Assembly: GCA_963796055.1 (NCBI GenBank)
Contig: CAWCKH010000001.1
Location: 1-64,000 of the forward strand
Source of the DNA: an uncultured delta proteobacterium
Lineage (GTDB): Bacteria > Myxococcota > Myxococcia > Myxococcales > Myxococcaceae
DNA length: 64,000 bases
Direction: 5' to 3'
Position numbers and translations under genes: made by a program
Part shown: positions 1-9,403 of the stretch, in pieces
Layout of the letters: each line of letters opens with the position of its first letter
How positions within the stretch are numbered: the first letter of the stretch is position 1
Notes under the pieces: generated by a model
What the model was told of the DNA's origin: nothing
Database searches by the model: none
The model's input: the letters and a program-made list of their open reading frames with translations, nothing else

Positions 1-42
1 TGTAGGGCGTAGAGGTCAGGGCGGCGTGATCCGCTGGGCGGC

Positions 43-1524
43 ATGAAGACCTGCCGCCCGTGGGCGCCGCTGCAGTCGTACCTGCTCCCGCCGTCGCCGG
101 CGGACTGGCTCCCGGAGGGGCACCTCGCCTATTTCGTGCTCGAGGTGGTGGACCAGCTCGACGTCGCCGCCATCGAGCGAGCCATTTCCCAGAAGGACCC
201 GCGTGGGGAGCGCCCGTACTCGCCGCGGATGTTGCTGGGGCTGCTCATGTACGGCTACTGCGTGGGCCTGTTTTCCTCGCGGAGGCTGGCGCGCGGGACG
301 TACGAGGACGTGGCGCTTCGGGTGCTGGCGGGGGAAGAGCATCCGCACTTCACCACCATCAACCAATTCCGGCTGGTGCACCGGACGGCCATCGCCGGCC
401 TCTTCGTGCAGGTGCTGGAGCTCTGCCGTCGAGCCGGGTTGGTGAAGCTGGGACACGTGGCGCTGGACGGGACGAAGCTGCTGGCCAATGCGAGCAAGCA
501 CAAGGCGATGAGCTACGAGCGGATGAAGAAGGACGAGACGCGGCTGCGAGGAGAAGTGGAGAGCCTGCTCACCCAAGCCGACGCGGTGGACGAAGCCGAG
601 GACGCCCGCTACGGCAGAGGCATTGCCCCCGACGACTTGCCGGCCGAGTTGCAGCGTCGCGAGACGCGGCTCGAGCGCATTCGGCAGGCCAAGGCAGCGC
701 TCGAAGAGGAGGCCCGCGCAGCACGGGCCCGGAGACTTCGAGAGAACGCCGAGGGGCTCGAGGCGGACGCGCTGAACGCCCAACTACCCGCCCGCCAGCG
801 CAAGACAGCAGCCACCCTCGCCAAGCGGAGCGCCGCTCAAGCGGACCTGCTCGACGGCGGACGAAAGGACGACGATGACGACCCGCCCTCAGGCGGTGCC
901 ACCGGCCTACCCACCCATCGGGTGAGGGCTCACGTCGACGGCACTCCGAAGTCGAAGGCACAGCGGAACTTCACCGACCCCGACAGCCGCATCATGGAGA
1001 AGAACGGCAGCTTTCTGCAGGCATACAACGCCCAAGTCGTGGTGGACGAAGCCCACCAAGTCATTCTCGCGCACGGCCTGTCCAACCAGCCGCCCGACGT
1101 CGAGTACCTCGAGCCACTGCTGAGGGCCGCTGTCGCCAACTGCGGGGCGTCACCGGAGAAGGCCTCTGCGGATTCGGGCTACTTCTCGGCGGAGAACGTC
1201 GCGGCGTGCCACTCCTTGGGCATCTCGGCCTACATCTCCGTCGGTCGCGACGCGCACGACGGGCGCATCACCGACCCACGAACGACTCCGGCGAAGGACG
1301 CGATGCGGCTGAAGCTCGAGTCGGAGGAGGGCAGAGCCGTGTACGCGCGCCGGAAGGCCATCGTCGAGCCTGTCTTCGGGCAGATGAAGGCAGTCCGCGG
1401 CTTCCGTCGCCTCTCGATGCGGGGCAGGCAGAAGGCAGCGGGCGAGTGGGGCCTCGTTTGCCTCACCCACAACCTCCTGAAGCTCTTCCGGGAGGCCTGG
1501 CTCCCGGCACTCATGCCCGCGTAG
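43..1524 (+). CDS. IS1182-family DDE transposase
   Basis: 493 aa. N-terminal LLPPS..DWLPEGHLAYF and YSPRMLL..L.YGY..G..SSR.L (DUF772-like); catalytic-region motifs VALDGTK, TDPDSR, YNAQ, ADSGY and Y..RK..VEPVFG. Confidence 0.93.
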   Translation: MKTCRPWAPLQSYLLPPSPADWLPEGHLAYFVLEVVDQLDVAAIERAISQKDPRGERPYSPRMLLGLLMYGYCVGLFSSRRLARGTYEDVALRVLAGEEHPHFTTINQFRLVHRTAIAGLFVQVLELCRRAGLVKLGHVALDGTKLLANASKHKAMSYERMKKDETRLRGEVESLLTQADAVDEAEDARYGRGIAPDDLPAELQRRETRLERIRQAKAALEEEARAARARRLRENAEGLEADALNAQLPARQRKTAATLAKRSAAQADLLDGGRKDDDDDPPSGGATGLPTHRVRAHVDGTPKSKAQRNFTDPDSRIMEKNGSFLQAYNAQVVVDEAHQVILAHGLSNQPPDVEYLEPLLRAAVANCGASPEKASADSGYFSAENVAACHSLGISAYISVGRDAHDGRITDPRTTPAKDAMRLKLESEEGRAVYARRKAIVEPVFGQMKAVRGFRRLSMRGRQKAAGEWGLVCLTHNLLKLFREAWLPALMPA

Positions 1525-1576
1525 CGCCGACGGGCCGCCAGTCAGCCACCGACGGCGCCCGCGCCAACGAGAGCGG

Positions 1577-1593
1577 CTACGCCCTACAGGCTC
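1577..1593. repeat. Right terminal inverted repeat of the IS
   Basis: CTACGCCCTACAGGCTC; the first 12 nt match positions 1-12 in reverse complement. Confidence 0.8.
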
Positions 1594-1615
1594 CTAGCGC
1601 GCGTCTCCGGAGCGC

Positions 1616-2245
1616 TCACCGGGGCGCGAGCTGGTAGTAGGTGCGCCCGCCGAGATCGAACGAGAGTCCGCCCTGATCGAAGGTGACGTCCGGCAGCGGA
1701 TTCTCTCCCATCGTCCGGAGATCCGCGGTGATGGCCTCGCGCGCGCGGACGTCGTCCCGCACTGCGTTCACCTGGGCCGCGGTGAGCGCGGTGCCGTCCT
1801 CCGCGCGGTTGGTCTCCAGCTGACGCTTCAGCTCCGCCGTGCGCTGGGTGAAGAGCTCCGGATAGCCGGGGGGTGTACCGCGCCATGAGGTTCCGCATCT
1901 CACGGTGCGCGACGATGCGAAGCCCCGGGTAGGCGCGGCGTAGACGACGTTGCCGGAGGTGTGGTCGGTGTGCCCGTGCGTCAGGACCAGGGTGCGGACC
2001 GGCCAATCCGTCCAGCGGCGGATCTGCTCGATGTCCCGCCTGGCAGTCGAGGGCAGGTATCCGGAGTCGACCACCAGCACCGACCGGTCGCCGATCACGA
2101 CGGTGGTGTTCCCCTCGGGGAAGTCGGGCAGCGCGTCCGGATGCTCGATGACGTACACCCCGGGCGCGAGCTGCTCGACCTGGTGCGCCGGCGACGCGCC
2201 GAGGACGGGAGCGGAGACGAGGACGGCAAGCAGCGCAGACCGCAC
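1616..2245 (-). pseudogene. MBL-fold metallo-hydrolase, C-terminally truncated, with two compensating frameshifts
   Basis: Signal peptide, VLVVDSG and THGHTDH (HxHxDH). The expected AYPGLRIVAH segment is in another frame between about 1934 and the G6 run at 1868-1873. The ORF stops after DLGGR, before the usual GHT/GD motifs, about 20 bp from the IS. Confidence 0.7.
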
Positions 2246-2428
2246 GGTGCTGCTTCTAGAGCGCGGGGCGCGCGGGGCGCGTCCCCCGATGCGTCGACCG
2301 GGCGCTGGACTGCGGCGGGCCGCCGATTCGCCCGCTCAGCCGAGCATCGTCGGCGGGCGGTCAGTCGGTCCATTTCGCCATCGGGTGACTGGCAGGAAGG
2401 CCCGAGGTCCTGCGAGGCTCCGCCGGCG

Positions 2429-3361
2429 ATGCCCGCCTGGCCCGAGATTCCCTACGGCGAGTGGCGCGAGACCTGCGCCGCGCTTCATCTGTACACGCAG
2501 ATCGTCGGCAAGTACCGCCTGGCGCAGACGCCGTGGCAGAACCATTCCTGGCACGCCACGCTCTACGTCAGCGCCTGTGGCCTGAGCACCTCGCCGGTCC
2601 CTGACGGCCCCGGGGCGATCGAGCTCTCGCTGGACCTCCTCGACCACTCGGTGGTCGGGCGCGCCTCGGACGGGCGCCAGGCTCGCTTTCCGCTCGGACC
2701 TGGGTCGGTCGCGGACTTCCATCGGCGGACGCTGGATCTCGTCCGCTGGCTCGGGGGCACGCCCGAGCTCGATTCGCACCCGAACGAGATCCCCGGCGCC
2801 GTTCCGTTCCCCGACGACCAGGCCCGGCGTCCATACGATGCCGCGGCGGTTCAGCGCTTCTTCGGAGCGCTGGTGCAGGTGGACCGGATGTTCAAGGAGT
2901 TCCGCACTGCCTTCCTGGGCAAGGCAAGCCCGGTGCATCTCTTCTGGGGAAGCTTCGACCTCGCCGTGACGCGTTTCTCGGGCAGGACCGCCCCGCGCCA
3001 CCCGGGCGGGGTGCCGGGACTGCCCGACCCCGTCACCCGGGAGGCGTACAGCCACGAGGTCTCGTCGGCCGGCTTCTGGCCAGGCGGCTCCGGCGTCGAG
3101 GACGCGGCATTCTACTCGTACGCCTACCCGGCACCGGAGGGGTTCGCGCAGGCGAAGGTCCGGCCAGCGGACGCCTTCTTCCACCCGAAGCTCGGCGAGT
3201 TCATCCTTCCGTACCAGGCGGTGCGGACCGCCGGGGACCCCGACGCGGTGCTGGGCGAGTTCCTGTGGAGCACGTACGAGGCCGCAGCCACGCCGGGACG
3301 CTGGGACCGGGCGGCCCTGGAGTGCCCACCCGGGGAGCCGCGACACCCCCGGCCGGTCTAG
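2429..3361 (+). CDS. DUF5996-family protein
   Basis: WP.IPY..W..T...LHLYTQIVGK.RLA..PW.NHSWH and SPVHLFWGSFDLAVTRFSGR.AP.HPGG...REAYSHEVSSAGFWPG. Start moved to ATG 2429. Confidence 0.8.
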   Translation: MPAWPEIPYGEWRETCAALHLYTQIVGKYRLAQTPWQNHSWHATLYVSACGLSTSPVPDGPGAIELSLDLLDHSVVGRASDGRQARFPLGPGSVADFHRRTLDLVRWLGGTPELDSHPNEIPGAVPFPDDQARRPYDAAAVQRFFGALVQVDRMFKEFRTAFLGKASPVHLFWGSFDLAVTRFSGRTAPRHPGGVPGLPDPVTREAYSHEVSSAGFWPGGSGVEDAAFYSYAYPAPEGFAQAKVRPADAFFHPKLGEFILPYQAVRTAGDPDAVLGEFLWSTYEAAATPGRWDRAALECPPGEPRHPRPV

Positions 3362-3412
3362 CCCGGCGCCCAGCTCCACGTGGGCTGAAGGGCAGCGCGT
3401 CGGCCGGTCCCT

Positions 3413-4948
3413 TCAGCCCGCGAGGAGCGCCTCGAGGCGGTCGTCCTGGTTGGCTTCCATCGCCGCTTCGACCTCCAGGCTCAGACGGTCGCGGCCGACG
3501 GTGACCAGCGCCAGCACCCGGCCCCCCACGCGGTAGACCAGCTGGGCGTCGTGTTGGGTGAGGCTCCCCGTCAGCTCGACGCTGTCCCACCTCTCGACGT
3601 GGCCCACGTACTTGAGCGTGACGTCATAGTGCTGGCTCCAGAAGAAGGGCACGTCCCGGAAGTCGCCGGGGGTCGAGAGGATCTGCAGCGCGGCGGCGCG
3701 GCCCTGCCGCTGCGCTGCCGCCCAGTGCTCGATCCGGATCAGCGCTCCGCTCCGCGGGTCCGGATAGCGCGCCACGTCTCCACAGGCGTAGATGCCTCTC
3801 GCGCTGGTCTGGAAGGAACGATCGACCACGATTCCCCGATCGACCTTCAATCCCGCGGCCTCGGCGAGTCCCACGCGGGGGCGCACGCCGACGCCCATCA
3901 CCACCAGGTCGCCGTCGACGGTGGATCCATCGTCGAGCTCGACCCGGTCGGCCAGGATGCGCACCGGCTTCCGCCCCAGCCTGAAGCGAACCCCCTTCTC
4001 CTCGTGCAGGCCGAGCACGAATTTCCCGGCGTCGTCCCCCACGATCCTGGCCAGCGGCAGGCTCTCCGGAGCGACCACCGTCACCTCGGTCCCGCGGGTG
4101 CGCAGCGAGGCCGCGACCTCCAGGCCGATGAAGCTGGCGCCGATCACCACCGCCCTCTTCGTGCTGCCCAGGTGCGCGACGATCGCCTGCGCGTCGGGCT
4201 TGGTCCGCAAAGTGAAGACGTGGGCCAGGTCGGCTCCGGGAATCGGCAGCCGGACCGGCTCGCACCCGGTGGCGAGGAGGATGGCCTCGGCGCCGAGCCG
4301 TCGACCGCTTCCGAGGGTGAGGGTGCGGGTACCGGCGTCGAGGGCGACCACCGGGTCGTCGGGGATTCTCTCGCCGAGACCCGCGAGGAAGTCCTGGCCG
4401 CGCAGGGTGAGCCACTCCTCGGGGGCGCTGCCGGCAAGGTAGTCCTTGGACAGGTTCGGGCGGTCGACGGGGTCGGTGGGCTCGGCGCCGATCAAGGTGA
4501 GCGTGCCGCCCCAGCCCGTGTGGCGGAGCGTCTCGGCCGCGGCGGTCCCGGCCGGGCCGACTCCGACGATCGCCACCGACGCAGGCCCGGGGCGAGGTGC
4601 GGGGCGGGGGCGGGGCCGTTCCGCCGTCACGGTGACCCGGTCGCCGTCCCGCTTCAGCTCGTACGTCGGGATCGGGTCGAGGGCCGGGCCGCGCGCGATC
4701 CCGGTCCGGAGGTCGAAGCACCCGTGGTGGAGCGGGCATCGCACCGCCCCTGCGCCGCAGATGCCATCGCCGAGGTTGCCGCTGTAGTGGGTACAGGTTG
4801 CGCCGAGGGCGAACAGCTCGCCCTGGTCGCGGACCAGGATCACCGCCTGACCAAAGGCATGGCCCAGCAGCGGTCGCCCGGTGGGAATCGTGTCCACGGG
4901 AACGCCCCGGGTGAGGTCAGGGCCGGTGAGGGAAGCGGGTTCGCCCAT
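3413..4948 (-). CDS. Rieske [2Fe-2S] + FAD/NADH oxidoreductase (AIF/ferredoxin-reductase-like fusion)
   Basis: CTH..CPLH Rieske ligands, GVGPAG, DRPNLSK, GASFIGLE, ACGDVA, RIEHW and VPFFWS. Start at MGEPASL. Confidence 0.9.
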   Translation of the reverse strand: MGEPASLTGPDLTRGVPVDTIPTGRPLLGHAFGQAVILVRDQGELFALGATCTHYSGNLGDGICGAGAVRCPLHHGCFDLRTGIARGPALDPIPTYELKRDGDRVTVTAERPRPRPAPRPGPASVAIVGVGPAGTAAAETLRHTGWGGTLTLIGAEPTDPVDRPNLSKDYLAGSAPEEWLTLRGQDFLAGLGERIPDDPVVALDAGTRTLTLGSGRRLGAEAILLATGCEPVRLPIPGADLAHVFTLRTKPDAQAIVAHLGSTKRAVVIGASFIGLEVAASLRTRGTEVTVVAPESLPLARIVGDDAGKFVLGLHEEKGVRFRLGRKPVRILADRVELDDGSTVDGDLVVMGVGVRPRVGLAEAAGLKVDRGIVVDRSFQTSARGIYACGDVARYPDPRSGALIRIEHWAAAQRQGRAAALQILSTPGDFRDVPFFWSQHYDVTLKYVGHVERWDSVELTGSLTQHDAQLVYRVGGRVLALVTVGRDRLSLEVEAAMEANQDDRLEALLAG

Positions 4949-5193
4949 GGAGGAAAGCTGCCCGAGCGGGGAAGCGCCGGCAACTGCCCGCGTCAGGCTC
5001 CGCGACTTGGCGAACAGCCTCCCCCGTTCAGGGGAGGCCCTCGCACACCGGGTCCTCCTCGAGCTGTTCCACGAGCGGCTGGCCGTCCTCGACCCGGCTC
5101 CGACGCGGGGCGCCGCCCATCCCCGGCTCACGCGGCTAAGGGCGAGGCGGAAGGGCGCCCTCCCCAGATCAAGGGAAGGCCTGCGTGCGCTCG

Positions 5194-6981
5194 CTACGCA
5201 ATCCGGGCAGCGCCCCCGGCCGTCTCGGCAGGCCTTGCGCCGGAAGCCGCTGAATGACGCCGGGCAAGGAACGTGTGCAGCTGGGCGACCACCGCCGCCC
5301 CCTCCCCGATGGAGGCGCCGACGCGCTTCACCGAACCGCAACGGACGTCGCCCACGGCGAAGATTCCCTCGACTCCGGTCTCCAGCGGCAGCAGCTCAAG
5401 ACCGATCGAACGCACGTCGGCGCCGGTGCGGACGAAGCCTTTCTCGTCCAGCGGGATACCGCATCCCGCAAGCCAGCTCGCCGCCGGGTCGGCACCGGTG
5501 AAGAGGAACAGGTGGGAGATGGCGTGCTCCTCTTCCTTTCCGATGAGGCGGTGGCGCCAGCGCACGCGCCGCAGCCCCTGATCGGCGGTGCCCAGCAGCT
5601 CGACGACCTCGGTCTCGAAGACCACGCCGATGTTGGGGCTGGCACCGATCCGCTCGACGAGATAGCGGGACATCGTGCTGGAGAGGCTCGGTCCGCGCAC
5701 CAGCATCCGGACGTGGCGGGCGTTGCTGGCGAGGTACACCGCTGCCTGCCCTGCCGAGTTTCCTCCGCCGAGCAGAACCACATCCTGTCCGCGGCACAGC
5801 CTGGCCTCGACGGGCGAGGCCCAGTACGAGACCCCGCGGCCCTCGAACTGTGAGAGGTCGGGGATCTCCGGACGGCGATAGCGCGCGCCCGTGGCCACCA
5901 CCACCGCCCGTGCCCGGACCTGCCGGCCATCGGCGAGGTGGAGGATGTGCACCGGATCAGGCCCGGAGCTCTCGGACGTGCAGTCCAGCCGCTTCACCTC
6001 GGTGGACAGGCTGAACTCCGCCCCGAACTTCTGCGCCTGCGTGAACGCGAGCGACATCAGCTCCTGCCCCGAGACGCCGGTGGGAAAGCCGAGATAGTTC
6101 TCGATCCGCGCGCTGGCGCCAGCCTGTCCCCCGTAGGTGAGCACTTCCAGGACCAGCATCGAGAGGCCCTCGGACGCTCCGTACACCGCGGTCGCCAGTC
6201 CGGCTGGACCGGCGCCGACGATGGCGACGTCGTACGGGTCGGAGCGCAGGGTCGTTGCCACCAGCCCCAGGGCGCGCGCCAGAGCCTGCTTGGTCGGGTT
6301 CTTGAGCACCGTGCCGTCCGGGACGACGACGATGGGGAGCTCACCCGGGTTCGGGGCGAACCGCGCGAGCAAGGACGAGGCGTCCGGGTTCTGATCGGGG
6401 TCGATGACCCGGAAGGGAATTCCGGTCCGTCCGAGGAGGCCGGACAACCGTGTGACCTCCGCAGAGGTGACTGAACCGATGAGGACCGGGCCGCCGAAAC
6501 CCAGCTCGACCAGCGCCACGCGGCGAAGGATGAGCGCACGCAGGATGCGCTCCCCGAGCTCGGCCTCGGCGACGAGCAGTGCCCGGAGCCCCTCGGGCGG
6601 AACGACAATCGCCTCCACCTCGCCGATCGCGGTCGCGTCGATGGCGCTCACGCTGGCCTGTCCCGAGAGCTCCCCGATCTCCGCCATGACCTCGCCCGGG
6701 ACCACCTCCGCCATGTCCTGGAGCGTGGCGCCCATCATCTCCGCGAACGCCGTCACCGAGACGGGCTGGCCCAGGGCGTCGCGGGCGCCGACCGCCACCC
6801 GACCGGAGAGGATCACATACATCCCCGGGCCGGGTCTTCCCGCGTGAAACAGAGCCTCGCCGGGAAGGAAGCGACGGACTTCACCGAACCGCCGGACTCG
6901 CTCGATCTCGGCCGGCGAGAGCTCGGGGAACATCTGCTGAAAGCGCGACGCCAGCGCGGATGGAGCTCGCCCCGAGTCCAT
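5194..6981 (-). CDS. cNMP-binding domain + thioredoxin-reductase-like FAD oxidoreductase
   Basis: N-terminal cNMP fold (LFHAG..GPGMYVILSG.V), IVGAGPAGL, GGQAGASARIENYLGFPTG, GGGNSAGQAA and FAVGDVR.GS.KRV. YWASPVE sits where the CxxC would be. Confidence 0.88.
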   Translation of the reverse strand: MDSGRAPSALASRFQQMFPELSPAEIERVRRFGEVRRFLPGEALFHAGRPGPGMYVILSGRVAVGARDALGQPVSVTAFAEMMGATLQDMAEVVPGEVMAEIGELSGQASVSAIDATAIGEVEAIVVPPEGLRALLVAEAELGERILRALILRRVALVELGFGGPVLIGSVTSAEVTRLSGLLGRTGIPFRVIDPDQNPDASSLLARFAPNPGELPIVVVPDGTVLKNPTKQALARALGLVATTLRSDPYDVAIVGAGPAGLATAVYGASEGLSMLVLEVLTYGGQAGASARIENYLGFPTGVSGQELMSLAFTQAQKFGAEFSLSTEVKRLDCTSESSGPDPVHILHLADGRQVRARAVVVATGARYRRPEIPDLSQFEGRGVSYWASPVEARLCRGQDVVLLGGGNSAGQAAVYLASNARHVRMLVRGPSLSSTMSRYLVERIGASPNIGVVFETEVVELLGTADQGLRRVRWRHRLIGKEEEHAISHLFLFTGADPAASWLAGCGIPLDEKGFVRTGADVRSIGLELLPLETGVEGIFAVGDVRCGSVKRVGASIGEGAAVVAQLHTFLARRHSAASGARPAETAGGAARIA

Positions 6982-6998
6982 GGGCCGCGGATGTAACA

Positions 6999-7071
6999 TG
7001 TCCCCGACGGGATTCGAACCCGTGTTACCGGCTTGAAAGGCCAGCGTCCTGGGCCTCTAGACGACGGGGAC
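6999..7071 (-). tRNA. tRNA-Glu(UUC), CCA not encoded
   Basis: Reverse complement GTCCCCGTCGTCTAGAGGCCCAGGACGCTGGCCT-TTC-AAGCCGGTAACACGGGTTCGAATCCCGTCGGGGACA folds as a cloverleaf. Confidence 0.97.
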
Positions 7072-7137
7072 TGCGAAGGACGCCGGACGACTACCCCGAA
7101 CCTGGGTGCGAACGCCAGTCGCGCGTCGCTGGACGCG

Positions 7138-7599
7138 CTACTTCTTCGGCTGCTGCATCTGCGCCACGAAGGCGTCCTGCGCCGCCTTCATCTCGGCCGG
7201 CGACAGGGTCTTCACCCGCTTGGCGATGGCCCACTTGACGTTCCAGCGGTCCACCAGCATCCCCATCCGGTCGCCCCAGAACATGTCCGCCATCGGCATG
7301 GTGACTTTCGCCCCGGCCTTCGCCGCGCGGTCGAACAGGGCATCGGCGTCGGCGGTGTAGATCCACAGCGTGGAGAAGCTCGGGGTCGCTCCCATCTCCG
7401 GCGCCACGTCGTTGAGGAACAGCGCCGAGTCTCCGATCCGCAACTCGGCGTGCCAGATCTTCTTCCCGGTCGGGTCGGGAGCCCGGCTCTTCTCCTCGGC
7501 GCCGAACGCGCGCTTGTAGAATTCGATCGCCTCCGCGGCACCCTCCAGCGTGAGCGACGGGGTCAGGGTGTGCAGTCCCTCGGGGATGGGCTTGACCAT
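7138..7599 (-). CDS. VOC/glyoxalase (PhnB-like) family protein
   Basis: KPIPEG.HTLTP.L...GAAEAIEFYKRAFGA, HAELRIGDS and DMFWGDR.G.L.D. Confidence 0.9.
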   Translation of the reverse strand: MVKPIPEGLHTLTPSLTLEGAAEAIEFYKRAFGAEEKSRAPDPTGKKIWHAELRIGDSALFLNDVAPEMGATPSFSTLWIYTADADALFDRAAKAGAKVTMPMADMFWGDRMGMLVDRWNVKWAIAKRVKTLSPAEMKAAQDAFVAQMQQPKK

Positions 7600-7687
7600 G
7601 TTCAGGCTCCTCGGGGCCGATGACTGCCGGCCCCAAGCCTGGCCCTGTAGCGCCGATCCGATGAGGCGGCCAGCGTCGTGCAGGCAA

Positions 7688-7760
<73 letters not shown>

Positions 7761-7840
7761 GTGGCAGCAGACGCTAGGTACTCACATCCGGGCGCCCCGC
7801 CGCAAGTGCTCGGGGCGCCAGTCCACCTTCGCGAGGCGCC

Positions 7841-8371
7841 GTGGCCGATCCCGACGACGAGCTCGAGGACGACGTCCCCGCAGGGTCCGGGCGGCGCTAC
7901 CTGACCCGTGCCGGCGCCGAGCGGATGCACGCCGAGCTACTGAAGCTCCTCAACGAGGAGCGCCCCCGGGTCACCGCCGAGGTGAGCGCCGCCGCCGCGC
8001 AGGGCGACCGGAGCGAGAACGCCGAGTACATCTACGGCAAGAAGCGGCTCCGGGAGATCGACCGGCGCATCCGCTTCCTCCAGCGCCGGCTCGACACCTC
8101 CACCATCGTCGCCCCGGAGGACCAGACCGACACCGAGCGCGTCTGGTTCGGCGCCTGGGTCACTCTGGAGGACGAGGACGGGACCGAGCGCAGCTATCAG
8201 ATCGTGGGCCCGGACGAGATCGACCCCCGGGGGACCCTGGTGAGCGTGGAATCTCCGCTGGGCCGCTCGCTCCTGGGCAAGCGGCGTGGCGACGAGGTGA
8301 CGGTCCGGCGTCCGCGGGGTGAGGTGGAGCTGGTCGTTCGTGACATCCGGTACCGTCGGGATCCGGGATGA
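7841..8371 (+). CDS. greB: Transcription elongation factor GreB
   Basis: YLT..G, AAAQGDRSENAEYIYGKKRLREIDRRIRFL, YQIVGPDE and SPLG..LLGK. Confidence 0.95.
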   Translation: MADPDDELEDDVPAGSGRRYLTRAGAERMHAELLKLLNEERPRVTAEVSAAAAQGDRSENAEYIYGKKRLREIDRRIRFLQRRLDTSTIVAPEDQTDTERVWFGAWVTLEDEDGTERSYQIVGPDEIDPRGTLVSVESPLGRSLLGKRRGDEVTVRRPRGEVELVVRDIRYRRDPG

Positions 8372-9294
8372 CCGCGACCGTCCGCGTGCAGCCCCGTCTG
8401 TGGCGCATCTACCGGCGGATGAACCTCGCTGCTCTCACCGAGGAGGAGGACGAGGACGGAGATCCGCTGGGGCTCGCCTCCCGCGATGGGCGGACCCGTC
8501 TCGCCTGGGAGACCTACAGCCGCGGTGGTCTGGAGTACGCCATCCGCGCGTACGGCACACTGCAGCGACTCGAGTCCCGCGGGTTCGGGAACCTCTCGGT
8601 GAGCCTCGATCTGAAGGATCCCTTCACCCCGAACATCGTGGTGCGGAGCGATCTCTTTAGCCCCCCCGTACTCAAGGCCTCGCTGCGACAGGTGAGGGGC
8701 CACCAGCTCAGGCTCGGCCAGCCGGCGGCGGACGTGCCGCTGCTTTATCTCGACTCCCTCCTGCTCCAGAACCCGGGCAAGCGGTTCGACTGGCAACGTC
8801 CACCCCTGCCGGGGCAGGAGTTTCCGGGCCTCAGCCTGTCAACCGACGTCATCCAGCTGCTGCTGCTCATGGCGAAGCGGGTCGGCGCCCAGGGGATGGC
8901 GCTCCGGCCCAGCAGCTTCCACGCCGCCTGGATCTACGCCCGCCACTTCGTCTTCGTCGACGGCAGAGCGCAAGCGCGATTCGACGCGCTCCGGAGCGAG
9001 CTCCGTCTCCGGCCGCTGTGGCTGCTCTCGTGGGCGCTCGACCTCGGCTGTGTACGGTCCGGTGGAGAACGGGTGACGTGGACGCCGGATCTGATGGTTG
9101 CCTCGCTGGATGCGCAGGTGGCCCGGGCGGTGAACACCCTGGGGCGGCGGGCGGCACTCCGCAGGGGAGACCGGCGCGAATACCGCTTGGATCTGGTGTG
9201 CCTCCGTCGCCGCTTCCCCTGGGACCGGATGCCCCCGCCCCCGGTGCCCCGGAGCGTGCAAGAGCTGCTCCGCCCCCCTCGGCCCGCCGTTTGA
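8368..9294 (+). CDS. Hypothetical protein with a GNAT-like core
   Basis: ATGA overlap with greB. LYLDSLLLQNP..F...RPPLPGQEFPGL...LLLLMAKRVGAQG...P..FHAAWIY resembles the domain found C-terminal in some myxobacterial deacetylase-family proteins. Confidence 0.65.
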   Translation: MTATVRVQPRLWRIYRRMNLAALTEEEDEDGDPLGLASRDGRTRLAWETYSRGGLEYAIRAYGTLQRLESRGFGNLSVSLDLKDPFTPNIVVRSDLFSPPVLKASLRQVRGHQLRLGQPAADVPLLYLDSLLLQNPGKRFDWQRPPLPGQEFPGLSLSTDVIQLLLLMAKRVGAQGMALRPSSFHAAWIYARHFVFVDGRAQARFDALRSELRLRPLWLLSWALDLGCVRSGGERVTWTPDLMVASLDAQVARAVNTLGRRAALRRGDRREYRLDLVCLRRRFPWDRMPPPPVPRSVQELLRPPRPAV

Positions 9295-9403
9295 GGGCTG
9301 AGGGCGTCGGGTCCGTGCCTATACTGGCGAGAACGACAGCGCGGAAACGCAGGCCCAACGCCTCATCACGAGGTCTCGCCCGAGGGAGCCCCCCGGCCCG
9401 TCG

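Larger units (their letters stand above)
1..1593 (+). mobile_element. IS1182-family insertion sequence (left end slightly clipped by the window edge)
   Basis: Positions 1-12 (TGTAGGGCGTAG) are the exact reverse complement of 1577-1588 (CTACGCCCTACA). The right IR probably continues as GGCTC to 1593 and is followed by CTAG (1594-1597), a plausible target site. The IRs flank a single transposase ORF. Confidence 0.85.

Noticed and set aside
4949..5193. Protein-like stretch EALAHRVLLELFHERLAVLDP, and the long N-terminal extension of ORF 3413..5341
   Set aside because: The extension overlaps the neighbouring gene and has no family features; the short stretch is too little to call.
1..6998. att-site duplication of the tRNA-Glu 3' end bounding an island
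   Set aside because: No second copy or integrase was found in the window; a boundary may lie to the left of position 1.
9295..9403. Antitoxin gene upstream of PIN-PhoH
   Set aside because: No credible small ORF in the 109-bp gap.
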